Shown here piece after piece: positions 1-12,390 of a stretch of DNA of 64,000 nt. The stretch covers positions 36,022,001 to 36,086,000 of the forward strand of contig OZ287759.1 in NCBI GenBank assembly GCA_965649765.1. The letters run 5' to 3'. Position 1 is the first letter of the stretch. Every line of letters starts with the position of its first letter. The notes under the pieces are model-generated. The model did not search any database. It saw only the letters and a list, made by a program, of their open reading frames with translations, and had not been told where the DNA came from. Both the position numbers and the translations under genes were made by a program. The stretch is from Bispira polyomma (lineage: Eukaryota).

Positions 1-685
1 ACACGTGGTATGCATCTGGTAAGTATGAAGTTGAATATTTAGGCCTATTGCTTGCTCTCTCAAGAAACCACCTTCACCCGAACTGACGTCATAAACAGAA
101 TACTTCGAAACGAGGCTGTATAAAGCAAGGGATATCCCAACTTTCATGTTCTCATAAAAAGCCCGATATTCGCGGATTCGTTATTTGAATCGATCCCCAA
201 AAAAATCTGTAAGCACAAGAGGTTGAACTCTAGAATTGATGCGAATGTCAGACCATAGCTCTCAACCAGTTTCGAGATTTGCTTGTCGACACGTTTTGTA
301 CACCTTTTATCATCTTTTCGACTCCTGATATGAACTAGTTTGCACATGCGCAGACTTGTGCAATGTGGAAACTAGTTAAAAATTATTCTCTCTATCTGTC
401 AACCTGTCTACCTGTAAATTGCAAAAAAAAAATATTGGTCAACCTATCAACCTTAAATTAAAAAATATTATTTGTTAACCTGTCAACCGATAAGTTACCC
501 CAAAAATTATCTGTTTACCCTATAACTTAAAAACTTATTCTTGATTTCTTCTTGGGATAAAATAAGCCATTTTTATTGTAATAGTATTCAGAAACCAGGT
601 CTTTTAAATACTTGTGCAAATTTTGGTTCCCTTATTGTTGGCTGTATGTAGTCAATAATAATTTTATGATTATATAGGTCAAACT

Positions 686-1408
686 TATGTCAGTGTGACA
701 TAGATTTTTAAAACTGTTATTATAGGTTTTTATTAAAACAAATCAACTGCATTATCCCCAGAATTCAAAAACGATATAGTTATAATTGTGATTACAAGTT
801 AAATCCCTATGTTCTCATTGATTTGGGCTATATAAATGTTTCAATTATTATAATTAAAAACACACTACAAAATCATTTTACAGAAATGCAGTAGAGCTGA
901 AATACCATTTTATTCCTGAAAGTTTCACAGTAAATTTACTTTAAACACTAGTTCTAAATATTTCTAAGAGTGACACCAACCTCATTTTTATATGGAAATT
1001 ACACTTAATAATATTTAATAGTATGATACTAATAGACTTCATTAACATGCTTTGGATTAAAATAACTCAAGTAGGATAATATTACTTGTCAACACACTAC
1101 CCCAACACACAGCCTCCACAGTAATAATTGCCACCTCAGCATCAACTGGCCACCCCTCCCCTTCCCCCAATTGCCTTTCAGCAAATCCCCCCCCCCCCAT
1201 CTCTCTCTCTCACACACACACTGCACACGTCTTCTTCCACACATGAAGAATTGTGTGTGGAAGAAGACAAGGCAAGGCTAGAAAGTGTAATAAGTCCTAT
1301 CTGTGGCAAAGGTTATGTCAGTGAGGTCTAGATTTTTAAAACAGTTATTATAGTTTTTTATCAAGAAAATGAATTGACTGCATTATCCCCAGAATTAAAA
1401 AATGATAC
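686..1408. repeat. dispersed ~95 bp direct repeat (686-780 and 1313-1408)
   Basis: TTATGTCAGTG..TAGATTTTTAAAAC..CTGCATTATCCCCAGAATT is present twice. Confidence 0.7.
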
Positions 1409-1485
1409 CTAGTAAGTATGAAGTTAAATTTTCGGGCCGATTTCAAGAAAATGCTGTCACAACACCAATTATGCACCATCCCATC

Positions 1486-1547
1486 AATGAGTGAGACTAG
1501 CCTTGCTAGACTCACTCATTAACTAGCCTTGCTAGACTCACTCATTA
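1486..1547. repeat. 15-bp-stem hairpin with adjacent 26-bp tandem duplication
   Basis: AATGAGTGAGACTAG-CCTTG-CTAGACTCACTCATT, and ACTAGCCTTGCTAGACTCACTCATTA x2. Confidence 0.8.
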
Positions 1548-2723
1548 AAAAGTACAAAATGGCAAAAGATTATCTGGTTTGTGTGGTTCCGTACTGTGCA
1601 AAGTTTGGACACTTATCTTGCATTTATTTATTGAAAAAAAACAAAAAAACACCAAAACTAATATTAAATAAGTAGCTTGTGACCCTTAAATAAATTAAAC
1701 TGGTTTTATTGCCAACTCTGCGCTTTGCAGAAAGACAATGCAAAATTGGGGTCGATACCAAATTACGGAACTATGTTAGAGCGATAATGAAAAAAGTCAC
1801 CTAAAAATCACCCAATATGTAGTGTGCCATTGGTTATATTTTATCTGCCAGCCTCAACAATTTTTGGTACATTTCTCACACAATTGAAACCCTATTTATG
1901 TAGTACGAGAAATGTTTTATGTTTATGTTATGTTTTAGACTGTTACTACTATATACGTGGAATATAAAACCAGTAAGTAACTAAGATTTTTTGTTTTTGT
2001 CCAAGAGTATAATACCAAAGTTTGAAATCCCTAAGCTTTTCAAATGGAAGCCGATACGACTGTATGACTAGCGATTCTCACTAACAAGTTATACGGTCGT
2101 ATCTTACGGCTAACAAGTAATCTCACCCGTTTTAGATGCAAAGTCTGTATTTACAACGAAATTAGTGGGTTAAGTAGTTTATATTTTACAGATGTTTTTT
2201 TAAATGCAAGAAATTTTATGTTTCAAGTTACTGTCCGCTATCGCTGTCCCGTCCACTAAGCTGTCCACCCCTGTATTGGCCTAACAATATTGTACTTCTT
2301 TGAATATTATTATTGTAATTGTGTTACTTGAATCCTATGGTCCATTTATACCAAGATCGTCAATAATTACCATTTAAAATGTGACGGCCGATTTACAACA
2401 ATTATAACCAGAGGCAGTATCGACCTCATGGAATTCCGAGCTTTAGAAACCACCCGAAAAGTGTCACTTGGGAAACAAAATGGGGTATCAAACGAACGAA
2501 TTTGTTCTAAAATATTGTTAAACTTATTACCATTTGCCTTCAGTAAACTTGAGGAAATATACGTTCAGTTTTCAGTTCCCTTCCTGCTTTTTTTCTTAAC
2601 TTTAAACTTAAACGTGCACCTTTTGTTTTGTCACATGACTCTGATGTTGTTTAGGCTCTTACTAAACCCCAAACTTATGACCTACCCCTGGACCAGCATC
2701 CGAAAAGTTCTGACGCTGATAAA

Positions 2724-3256
2724 TAAGCCAATTCGTAGTTCCGAGTGCGCATGTGTAGTTCAACGGAAGTGAAAATCTTTAGCGCACATAAACAAATGAA
2801 CTTATATTACTTTGCAAAATATATTAAAGTGTTAATTCTCAGTTATTATTTGAAATAATAGCCTTATATTTGGATATATGATGCATAAGTATTGGTTATT
2901 TGTAAATATATTTATTTTATCATTAAAGGATAATATTTCCATTGAACTTTTATACAAGCACGGTATTTTGCAAAATAAATAAAATGATTATTAATTAATT
3001 ACTCAAAAAAATACTATAGGTAAAAATTTCACAAAAATATGATGAGAAAGCTTATTATGTTGCGATTACTATGATATTTTTTGCATCAAAATCCCTTGCG
3101 AAATGACAGAGATATCAAATTTTAAATACGGGTACCCATGTCAAATTGGCTGTTGGCTGCACATTTGCCGTATGCAGGTGCTTCTTGTTTATGTGCCGTA
3201 TATAAGGCCGGAAGATTGTAACTACGGCTGCGCAATCAAATCTACGAACTGGCTTA
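2724..3256. mobile_element. MITE with ~35 bp TIRs and TA-type ends
   Basis: TAAGCCAATTCGTAG..TGCGCA at the left end and TGCGCA..CTACGAACTGGCTTA at the right. Same TIR family as 6624-7241. Confidence 0.75.
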
Positions 3257-3360
3257 TATGTAAGTTAAAAAGTCATCATACTTTGCAGAAAGCTCACTGT
3301 ATATATTTAATACCTATTTACATATTAATTCAATGATAATTGGTTTTACATACTTATCAG

Positions 3361-3925
3361 GGCCGTATTCATTAACGGTCTTAAACTAAGCCAAAACTTA
3401 GGCTAAGGCCAGTCTTAAATCTAAGACTTTGTCTTAGCAAAGTTTTGTCTTAAAATGGTATTCAAGAAGGGTGACTTAGCTGAGACTATGTTAAGACAAA
3501 AGTCTTTTAAATTGTTCTATTTACAATAATACAAAATATTATTTACATTTTTTACACACACTAATATACAATATAATTATTTAGGTAAGCCTATACAAAC
3601 TTCCCAGAGTAAAAAAAAAATTATTAAATAAGAAATTATTTTCTTTTATTGGACTTAGACTTAAGACTGGCTAAGTCCCCTGAAAATAATATATGATTAA
3701 AAATATGTTAGTAATTATACTACTTTTTGTTTGACTCATCACAGGTTACGGTAAGGATTGTTTGCTATTTGATATTATAATATCAAATTTACAATGTTTT
3801 ATTTGTAAATGTTGTCTAAAAACCTTTACACTTTTTACTATAAAGTTAAGCCCACTACCTTCCTGTCTTAAAGTTAAGCCCTTGGCTAGGCTAAAACTTA
3901 GGCTTAGCTCCTTGTGAATACAGCC
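3361..3925. mobile_element. MITE (GGCCGTATTCA..TGAATACAGCC family, rich in GTCTTAA/TTAAGAC subrepeats)
   Basis: Terminal inverted repeats. A reverse-complement relative lies at 24072-24583, with related ends near 17745-17995, 18898, 28986 and 61692. Confidence 0.7.
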
Positions 3926-4257
3926 AAGACTAAGACTTTTGTCTTGTTGTGATATGACCCAAGTTGTTGAAAGCGACGTGAAATCCAACAAAATAAATTA
4001 ATGTCATAAGTCAATATTAATATGTTGGTATATTTTAAGTCTGAAATAAGTTATATATATATTGTGTACAAGTAAGGATTTTGTACGATTAAGGTGTACT
4101 AGTTATAACTTGTACAGGTACATGTAATATGATGTCTCCTTTGTAATGGCATAATGTGAAAAAAAAGTTTACATTGCACTGCTTGTTAGACGAAATTTTA
4201 CCTTGGAGGCACGTTACTGCTGACAAATTTAAAACTTGACTTTTGGTAATCTAATCT

Positions 4258-6055
4258 AGTCATACTTTTATAGCACTTAATCTTTGTACAACAAATTCTG
4301 ATGCGCGACAAACCTAAGCATTAATCAAAAAATCAAAAATGGACATATCGTGGTCATAACCAGGAAGACTACCGGAATAGATGGATGGCTGAGGTGGAAA
4401 GGCCTGTCCAAAAAGGTAGGCCTTCAGCTTACTCCTGAAAGAGGAGAAAGTTTGACCCAGGCAGACATGATCAGGCAGGCTGTTCCATATCACGTGGCCA
4501 TCATGAGCAAGGCAACGATTAAAATGTACTTTGGATTTGTGAAAATGAGGGTCGAAAGTTGGAATATTAAGATATAATTTATCAGGGTTACTGTGCCTAG
4601 TTCTGACTGAGCATGTATATTTGGATAGATGGGGGCTGAAATAGGTAGGTAATCCAGAATTTAGAAATTTGTATAAAATTGTTGCAGTTTTAAAAGCAAG
4701 ACAATATTTTATTGTAAGCCAGTGGATTGACTTGAGTACAGGAGTAATGTGAGAAAATTTAAAAGTTCTGGCCACATTGCGAGCCAGTGAGTGTTGAACG
4801 TTCTAAAAGCATCGGAGATCACTACAAGCTAGGGAACGGAACAGAGAGTTGCAGTAATTAAGCCTACTGCTGACCAAGGCGTCGGCAACAGTAATTGCAG
4901 TGGATTTGGTGAGATAACGTTGAATTCACCTGAAATCATGGAGGCCAACAAAACATGATCTACATACTAATGCAACATGGTTAGAGTAGGAGAATTCAGG
5001 GTCAAGCAATATGCCCAGGTTGTGTACTTTGTCAGTTGGAAAAAGCCTGCTGCCAAGAATATTGACTAGGAAACAGCTGGACAGTTTTTCCCATTGTGAC
5101 ATGGAGACAAACAAAATAAACTCAATCTAATCAGGGTTCAGCTTGACTTTATTTGCTGCCATCCAGTGTTACACATTTACAAGGCAGTTCTGTAAGGAGA
5201 TGAAAGCTGCCTGGGCAGAGTCGGGTGTAAGGTGGATGTACAATTGGTTATTATCAGCATAGAAGTGAAAGTTTATGTTTTTGTATACAACAATGATCTT
5301 GCTGAGTGGAGTGGTGTACATTAAAAACAAAATTAGACCCAGGACTGACCCCTGGGGAATGCTAAATTTTAACCATATAGGGTCGGATATGATGTTGCCA
5401 ATTTTGACCAATTGGAATCTATCAGACAAATAGGCTGTGAATCATGTAAGTGCAGTACCGCTGATACCAAACCAAGACGATAGGCACTCAAGAAGAACTT
5501 TGTGATCAGTAGTATCAAATGCAGCCAACAGATCCAGCAGTACTAAGGCATTAGGCATAACTTTAGATAAAGATAAATGAACATCATTTTTGATGCATAG
5601 TAGTGCAGTCTCTGTAGAATGACCACTTCTGTATGCTGACTAATACTTATTGCATAGATTACTAATGTTGAGATGTTGTTTGATCTGTAAGGCCACCACG
5701 CATACAACCAACGTAGAAATATAGCAAAGGCATGAGACAGGAAGGTAGTTTTAAATCAGCCTTTGGAAGAGATGTATTTTTTATTAAAGGAGTAACAATG
5801 GCCTTTTTAAAATCATTTGGAAAGACGCCATTGACTAATGAGAGGTTGATAAGTTTGGTGACTGAGGCACCAAAATGTCTATGCATTCCTTAACAAAAAA
5901 TGTAGGCCACAGACCTGGTTTTACAGGTGATGTCAGTTTAATTTTACTGAGTTCAACAGTTACTGTGGAAAATGGTTGAAGATAGTTGATGGTGCTGATG
6001 GTAAAGGAACAGCTGATATAAAACTGTCACGGATTCTGGTAATTTGATCCAAGTA
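4258..6055 (-). mobile_element. L2/CR1-group LINE, 5'-truncated and degenerate
   Basis: RT fragments FKKAIVTPLIK, HSTETALL, LDLLAAFDT, IPQGSVLG, FYADNNQLY and HITPVLKSIHWL..KLKAYLF, with stops and frameshifts. 3' GCGC..GTGCTATA end. Confidence 0.92.
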
Positions 6056-6623
6056 CTAAGTATCCAAGTATTTTAGTGATTTACCATTGCTGTTTTTGGA
6101 AAGTATATTCTGTTTTTTTTTTTGGTATGACTGAAGTGTAACATAGTGAGAGAGGGGGTACAAATATAACATAACTTATATTGGACATGTTGTCCTTGCA
6201 TTATTCTACACCAGGTATGAGCAGATACTATCACTGAATATAATATGACAATTATATGTACACAATACCACATTCAGCATTCATAGAATTATCCTTTACA
6301 CTACAAAGAATATGATTCGTAAGCCAAGTCGTCCAGATACATCTTGAACAATGATCCCGGACAATATACGAATTATTTTAATCATTATAATTTCGTTTAA
6401 CACGTTCCCGCTAAGGTGGGCGATAATCAAATTTATCAGTAGCTTCCTGAAAAATATGAAAAAGAAACTTGTACATAAATAGAGTTATTACTCCTTGTAC
6501 TAATAATGCGCAGGGTAGTAGTATAGTACGGATTTCTGCTCCGTACTGCCAGATTTGGCTGTAAGATTGTTTCTAGCTTAAAACAAAGCATTAGAAAATT
6601 TATTTTATTGGGAAGTTAAGGAA

Positions 6624-7241
6624 TAAGCCTATTCAGCATTTCGAGTGCGCATGTCCACGTCAGGATAAATAAGAGCACATGTAAGCGATAACGACAGAAG
6701 ATTTAGAAATCTCGCAAAATGTCGGCAATTTCTTTCCACTTTAAATTTTAGAAATAATTAAAACAATATAAACCATTAATATAGGCAACCTTGGTATCTA
6801 AAGAAAGGTTTTGATGAGAGCTTCTCGATTATAAGTTCAGTTTTGCAATAATTGTATGTATGTTATAACATTTAATTTAAGAAAATGCAAATACGTGATC
6901 TGTTTTAGTAAGCTTTTAGTGGTTTGTTTATCCCGAACCATAGTACACATACCGCTAGACGTGGTTACCGCGGCGATCGTCAGTTAGCTGTCTTATCGCC
7001 GTGGCACAAGCCCACATAGAACTGGAGATTTTTTAAAACAGAAAACCAAAAATGAAAATCTTAAAAACACTTGAAAAAAGTAAAAAAAATATTAAAAAAT
7101 TGTTTTAAAAGTTTTTAGAAATCTCCAGTTTTATGTGGGCTCATGCCATGGCGATAAGACAGCTAACTGACGATTGCTGCGGTAACCACGTCTAACATAC
7201 CGCCATTTATACATGCGCACTCGGAATGCTGAATTGGCTTA
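6624..7241. mobile_element. MITE with 31-bp TIRs, host to a nested element
   Basis: TAAGCCTATTCAGCATTTCGAGTGCGCATGT and ACATGCGCACTCGGAATGCTGAATTGGCTTA. Confidence 0.8.
6956..7194. mobile_element. foldback MITE, ~85 bp TIRs, 9-bp TSD (Mutator-like)
   Basis: TAGACGTGGTTACCGC.. and ..GCGGTAACCACGTCTA. TSD ACATACCGC at 6947-6955 and 7195-7203. Confidence 0.88.
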
Positions 7242-7251
7242 TAAGCAAGAG

Positions 7252-8433
7252 TAGACCGAATAATCTGTCCCTATTTAGCGAGATTCCTTGCTGATATATG
7301 GACGGCTGAATCACGAAAAGGGACAAAACAGCCTCCATAAGCTAAACATTGTAAATTTAATCTGACGTAACATGGCCGACAGTGTTATTCCAATAATTTT
7401 GGTTTAGTTTTTATTTTTTTTAATTGATATGTACTATGTTGGCATGAAGTAACAGAAAATCTGCTACTTTATCATATATAAGGAATGAGGGGATATATTT
7501 ATTTTTACCAGATTCTATCTCTATATATGCCAATTTTGATTTACAACATTTAGCTTATGGAGGCCGTTCTGTCCTGTTACATATAAGGACATAGTGGTAT
7601 GTTAAAGCACTCTGCTAGAGTGATCTATTTATAGATTTGGGGAAACCCATAAGCTTCTAGAAGCTGTTTCTATTTTGTTTCTGTTGTTATTAAAGTTGTG
7701 TTCATATGTATATCTCATCTCTGGAATGCTCTAGCCATTGCTTACATATTGTAGAGCCTTCTCTAGCAGTTGTATATATAAGGGTTGACAGCCTGGCCAC
7801 AGACCAGAGTTTATTGAGTTGGTGTGCTATATGAACTGCTATACTGTACTGCTATACTGTGAAACATTTTATTTCTTCTCCTGTGGATATAAACTGTTTA
7901 TTATATACATTTTGTGGTGAACTCATTGGAGTGAACTGGATATAAAGTTGTGGATCTACCAGAGATTGGATTTGCTGCATATTGGATATTTTTGCATCCT
8001 GGATTGGATAGCTTAGTTGTGCAGACTCTCTGGATATATATATTTTGTGTTCGAGGACACCAAAGGGATAACAGGATACAGGCATTGTGTGGACAGTGAG
8101 CGGATCTCAAGACAGATTGCTGGATACAGTGGACAAACTTGTTTAATTGTTATTTATGTGGACAGGATTGTGGGCAGGTCAGATTGGTTTCATTATTGTA
8201 TTATTGTATGAACTATTAAGAGTATCTCAGCTGACTGTAATTCTGTAATTGTTATTTTATTTGTTAAATAAATTTGTTAAGTGAAACTTTTTGTCTTTTC
8301 CTGTTACAACCTCAAAGCAACCGGTAATTGCTACCGCGCTTGCTCCCGTGACCGTAACATGTCCCTTTTTGTGAGTCCGTCGTCATAATAACAGCAAGGA
8401 ATCTCACTAAATAGGGACAGATTATTAGGTCTA
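7252..8433. mobile_element. TAGAC-ended element with 9-bp TSD (Mutator-like), containing further nested inverted repeats and a solo LTR
   Basis: TAGACCGAATAATCTGTCCCTATTTAG.. and ..CTAAATAGGGACAGATTATTAGGTCTA. TSD AAGCAAGAG at 7243-7251 and 8434-8442. Confidence 0.88.
7575..8359 (+). mobile_element. solo LTR (785 bp)
   Basis: TGTTAC..GTAACA termini. 5-bp TSD TGTCC at 7570-7574 and 8360-8364. TATA-like TATATATAAG near 7775 and AATAAA near 8267. Confidence 0.85.
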
Positions 8434-8628
8434 AAGCAAGAGGTAAAGTATGAAAGATTCGAGTCACCGATTCCTAACATTTTACTTGGAAGTCGGATCC
8501 CCGAATCGTAAGCAAATGGTTAGAATTCGGGTCCCACTAAAACTTAAAATTTTTAGTGAGAACTCATTTATTTTGTTTATTGTGCTTTTTTTTCATTAAA
8601 ATCTATATTCAAGTTTCTTGCCGAGTCA

Positions 8629-8992
8629 AGTGGAAGTTTCACCTATCATTATTTCCACCCGTACCCGTATCAGTATCCGCACCCATACCCGTGGTTTGTA
8701 GTTACACCTATCCTTATTCTCACCCATTTTTTGTCAGTTAATCTATAAGATCCACAGGAACTTTTACCATCTTGAAATAAGGACATAAATATGTCTATAT
8801 AAAACCCTATATAACTGCACCCGCACCAGTGAAAAGAAGGGTCAGAACCCTTCCAATACGGGTGCGGGTGTGGAATCAAGTTTTCACAGGTATGGGTGAG
8901 GACAGGTGTACTTATACATTAAAAGTATAACCAGAGAATTCTTTTATTTCTACAGGTGCAGGTACAGGTGAAGGATAGGTGAAACTTGTACT
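8629..8992. mobile_element. MITE with AAGTTTCACCTATC TIRs and ACCCG(T/C) subterminal repeats
   Basis: 8634-8647 and 8974-8987 are a perfect inverted pair. Confidence 0.7.
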
Positions 8993-9715
8993 TCAGAGTT
9001 CAAAGACATTTTCGGGGAGTTCCGTTAAATGTTTCCTTCCGAAGACAGTTGAATATCCTTATATAACAGCTTTGGAACTTTTTATCTCTCGGTAAAATAA
9101 AATGACGGTCAGTAAATAATATTTATCTAAAAATCATGGATTAGTACTAGTGCTTCATAGAAAACGTAAGTAAAATAATAATCTTTATAACAGTGCAGAT
9201 TATGTATTATTTACCTTCAATAATAGGGGATTGTCATATTTAAGTTTCACTGACAGGCTTTTACTGTTTAGATTTATAAGTGATGACTAAAATCCAGAGT
9301 TGGCAGGTTATTAGTGACCACGGTTAAAACCTATGGTTTTATCTGGTTTAAACTGTCACGTCAAAAACAGATTTTTGACGCCAAAGTGTCAAAAACGTCA
9401 AAAATCCCTACCCTAACAAGAAAAAACTGTCAAAATGTCCTCATTAATTGAAAAAATTTACTTTGCAAAAATAGAAATCAAGTGTAGCCAAAAACCCTGA
9501 GTTAAAATAATGGCAAGAAATCTTTGTAAACAATCCAGTATATAGTGTCAAAAACATCCAAATTTAATCAGAAATATATTGATAACACTGTAACACTAAA
9601 CACTCTTTTGTATTACAAAAAATCAAAATACAATAATTGTAAGACATTTTAACTCAGGCTATTTATATTTAAGTGATAAGCCTGCAAAATGTATTCCTAA
9701 TCCCCTCTGCCTATA

Positions 9716-9976
9716 TTTTTTTTTTTTTTTAATTTGGATATTTAACGTTCACTCTAGTACCTGTTTAGGTTATATTGGGACTGGTAGTTGGAAACGCTGG
9801 AGGAAATACTGCATACAGTTGATCAAGGTTCTGCACTGAAACCAGCGGCCCACAGTAAGGAACTACCACCTTTCCCACATAGGCATTGACAGGATTCGAA
9901 CTCACGCCACCCAGATGTGAGAGACCAGTGATTGTGAAGCGCAATGCTTGCTAACCACTAAGCCACTGCGGCCCCC
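9716..9976 (-). mobile_element. tRNA-derived SINE, family A
   Basis: A box and B box (GTTCGAATCC) on the minus strand, A-rich tail, TSD CTCTGCCT(A/G)TA. Near-identical to the copies at 39463, 48996 and 49374. Confidence 0.92.
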
Positions 9977-11021
9977 TCTCTGCCTGTAGACACAATCAGT
10001 TGATTCAAGGACAAAAGCCCCCCCCCCCCCCCCCCCCTTATTTTTAATGGGTGACAAAAGCTTCCCCTACCATAGGACAAATGCCCCCCCCCCCCCCCCC
10101 ATCACAAATATATGTAAGAATTTAAGTATTAGTTTTAAGTATTATCAATTAAATTATAATAATCCTGATTACAATAATCGTTAAACCTCATTGTGGAGTT
10201 TCGCAAAATCAAAGTTATTATGTGTATAGTCGGTGCATAGGCTATCGAGGGATCAAGGATCAGTATTCACATTTTTTAAATCTATAAAATCGCAATTTTT
10301 ATTGGTAGAAATAAATGTGGTTGCAATATTTGCCTTTCTTCCAAGGCTTTGGACAAAATAGACAAATATATGTTATTTATCACGTACGTTTTTTCAAAGT
10401 TTTTAATATTAATTATCTAATATCATTCAATGATTGTCAGTAAAATAAGGTTACCGTAAAATAATGTCATTTCTCTGTCTGTAAAATATATATATATATT
10501 TTCCTATTTTTTCTATGCCATTGAAGAAAGGTAAAACTTCAATCTATGATATCGTGACTTAAAGCTCTTCATTTTGTAAAATATAATCAATTAAAAGCAA
10601 TATACACAGAACGTCATATTAAAATTACGGATAACTTATGAAATAAGTTATACCTACTTTAACAGTTGTGTAAAAGAATATCAGGCAGTAAAGTTATTTT
10701 TGTGGGGTCAAGTTATTGTGCAATTGAGATATAATATTCCTTTCAGAAAAGTTTTCCTATTTCAAGACTATTATTTAATAGACTAGCCAGTAGTAAAACT
10801 ATTTGTTGTTACTCTATGTTGTGTGGCAGTTAAAGAAATTTACTACCAGTAGTAGTCTTCTATTGGAGTGATTTATATAGACATAAATTTTCTATTGGGG
10901 TGATTTAAATAAGACATGTTTTTGTATAATGTTATGTACAAGTATGTACCCGGTATAATGAAACAATATTTAACTGTCAAACTAACTATATAGCTGTGGA
11001 ACAAGTAAATCTAGCATTGGG

Positions 11022-11482
11022 TTTTTGGGCAGGTTGCGTGTAACCAACGCTCCTATTAGATTGATGTGTCTTTCCGTCCGGCCGGCACCATTTTGGTCTC
11101 TGGACATTTAAAGAAAAACTATTTGAGGTATCATTAACAAATTTATTTTTTTGTAGAGGTGTATCATGTCAATAGCTTGGTTGGGATTGTATTTGGGCCA
11201 TTCCGAAAAACAAGATGGCTGCCATGGCCACTATCTTAAAAAGAGTTTCCGGACATTTAAAAGAAAGGTATTGCAGCTATAATCACGTAATTTGTTGTGG
11301 AGGTGTATCATGTCAATAGCTTGGTTGGAATAGTATTTGGGCCCATTTCAAAAAACAATATGGCCGCCACAACCGTTATCTTGAAAACAGTTTCCGGACA
11401 TTTAAAGGAAAAATATTGCAGCTATCATTCAAATTGGTTGTGGAGGTGTGTTGTGTCAATAGCTTGGTTGGGATTGGACTGA
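11022..11482 (+). mobile_element. HINE/DINE-1-like (Helentron-associated) element with ~3 x 140 bp internal tandem repeats
   Basis: T-rich 5' end and a TCCGTCCG microsatellite, then tandem units GGACATTTAAAG..GTCAATAGCTTGGTTGG..CAAGATGGC. Confidence 0.6.
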
Positions 11483-11689
11483 TACCAATTGGGAAACCCA
11501 CCTCTTTGGGGTCTATAACCCCACTTGTTCCAGTTTTTTCTGGTCATTGTTGGTAATGGATAAGTGAATTTCTTTTTCTTGTGTGTATATATGTAAGTCC
11601 CTTGTCTTTGTGCTTTTTACATACACTATTATTCCTGTGGATACTTTGGTTAACATGCGATTATGCCACAGCCAACGTATACACAAATA

Positions 11690-12390
11690 TGTTAATTGAT
11701 TACACTCTCAGAGGAAAACTATTGCAGACAGCCTCACCAAGTTTTCATAATAAGTTTACTGTTATAATATTCTGCTAAACTTTGGCCTTATTTTGCAAAA
11801 CAAGTTAAATTCTTTACAAATGATTTCATATCATTCGTAGACAAGCCGTTACAAATATCATTACCATATGTGGTATAAAGTTTCTCTATATGTTAATCTT
11901 CCCAATGTTGAGTAAGTCTTGGCTTTGTTCTAAGAACAAAATGGCCTCCACAGACAGACTGAAGATTTTCTTTGTTAACACTGTCAGAGAAAAACTATTG
12001 CGGCTAGCCACACCAAATTTTTCAAGATCTGTTTACAGCTATAATATCTTGTTCCTGCTGAACTTTGGCCTCATTTTGCAAAATAAAAGATGACTGTGAC
12101 AAGTTCTTACAAACGATTTTATATCACACACAGACAAACCGTTACATATATTTTTACCAAATGTGTTTACCCATATGTTAATGTTACTAACAGGAAACTT
12201 TGGTCTCATTCTTAAATGGCCGTCGCATGCAAATTTGACATTTTCTTTAACACTCTCACAAGTAAACTAATGCAGCTAATATCACCAAATTTTGGTGGTG
12301 TGTTTTAGTGACAGTGTTTCATCTACATATGCAGTATCATAAAAACATTTCCATCCTTTGTCTTTGAAAAAGAGGCCACTGGTTATTACC
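11690..12390 (+). repeat. diverged tandem array (HINE-like internal repeats)
   Basis: Recurrent ACACT(C/G)TCA..AAACTATTGC..CACCAAATTTT and AACTTTGGCCT..TTTTGCAAAA units. Confidence 0.55.

Noticed and set aside
10018-10100. Other poly(C) runs as retroelement poly(G) tails
   Set aside because: They sit in GACAAA(A/T)GC repeats with no TSD or attached retroelement.
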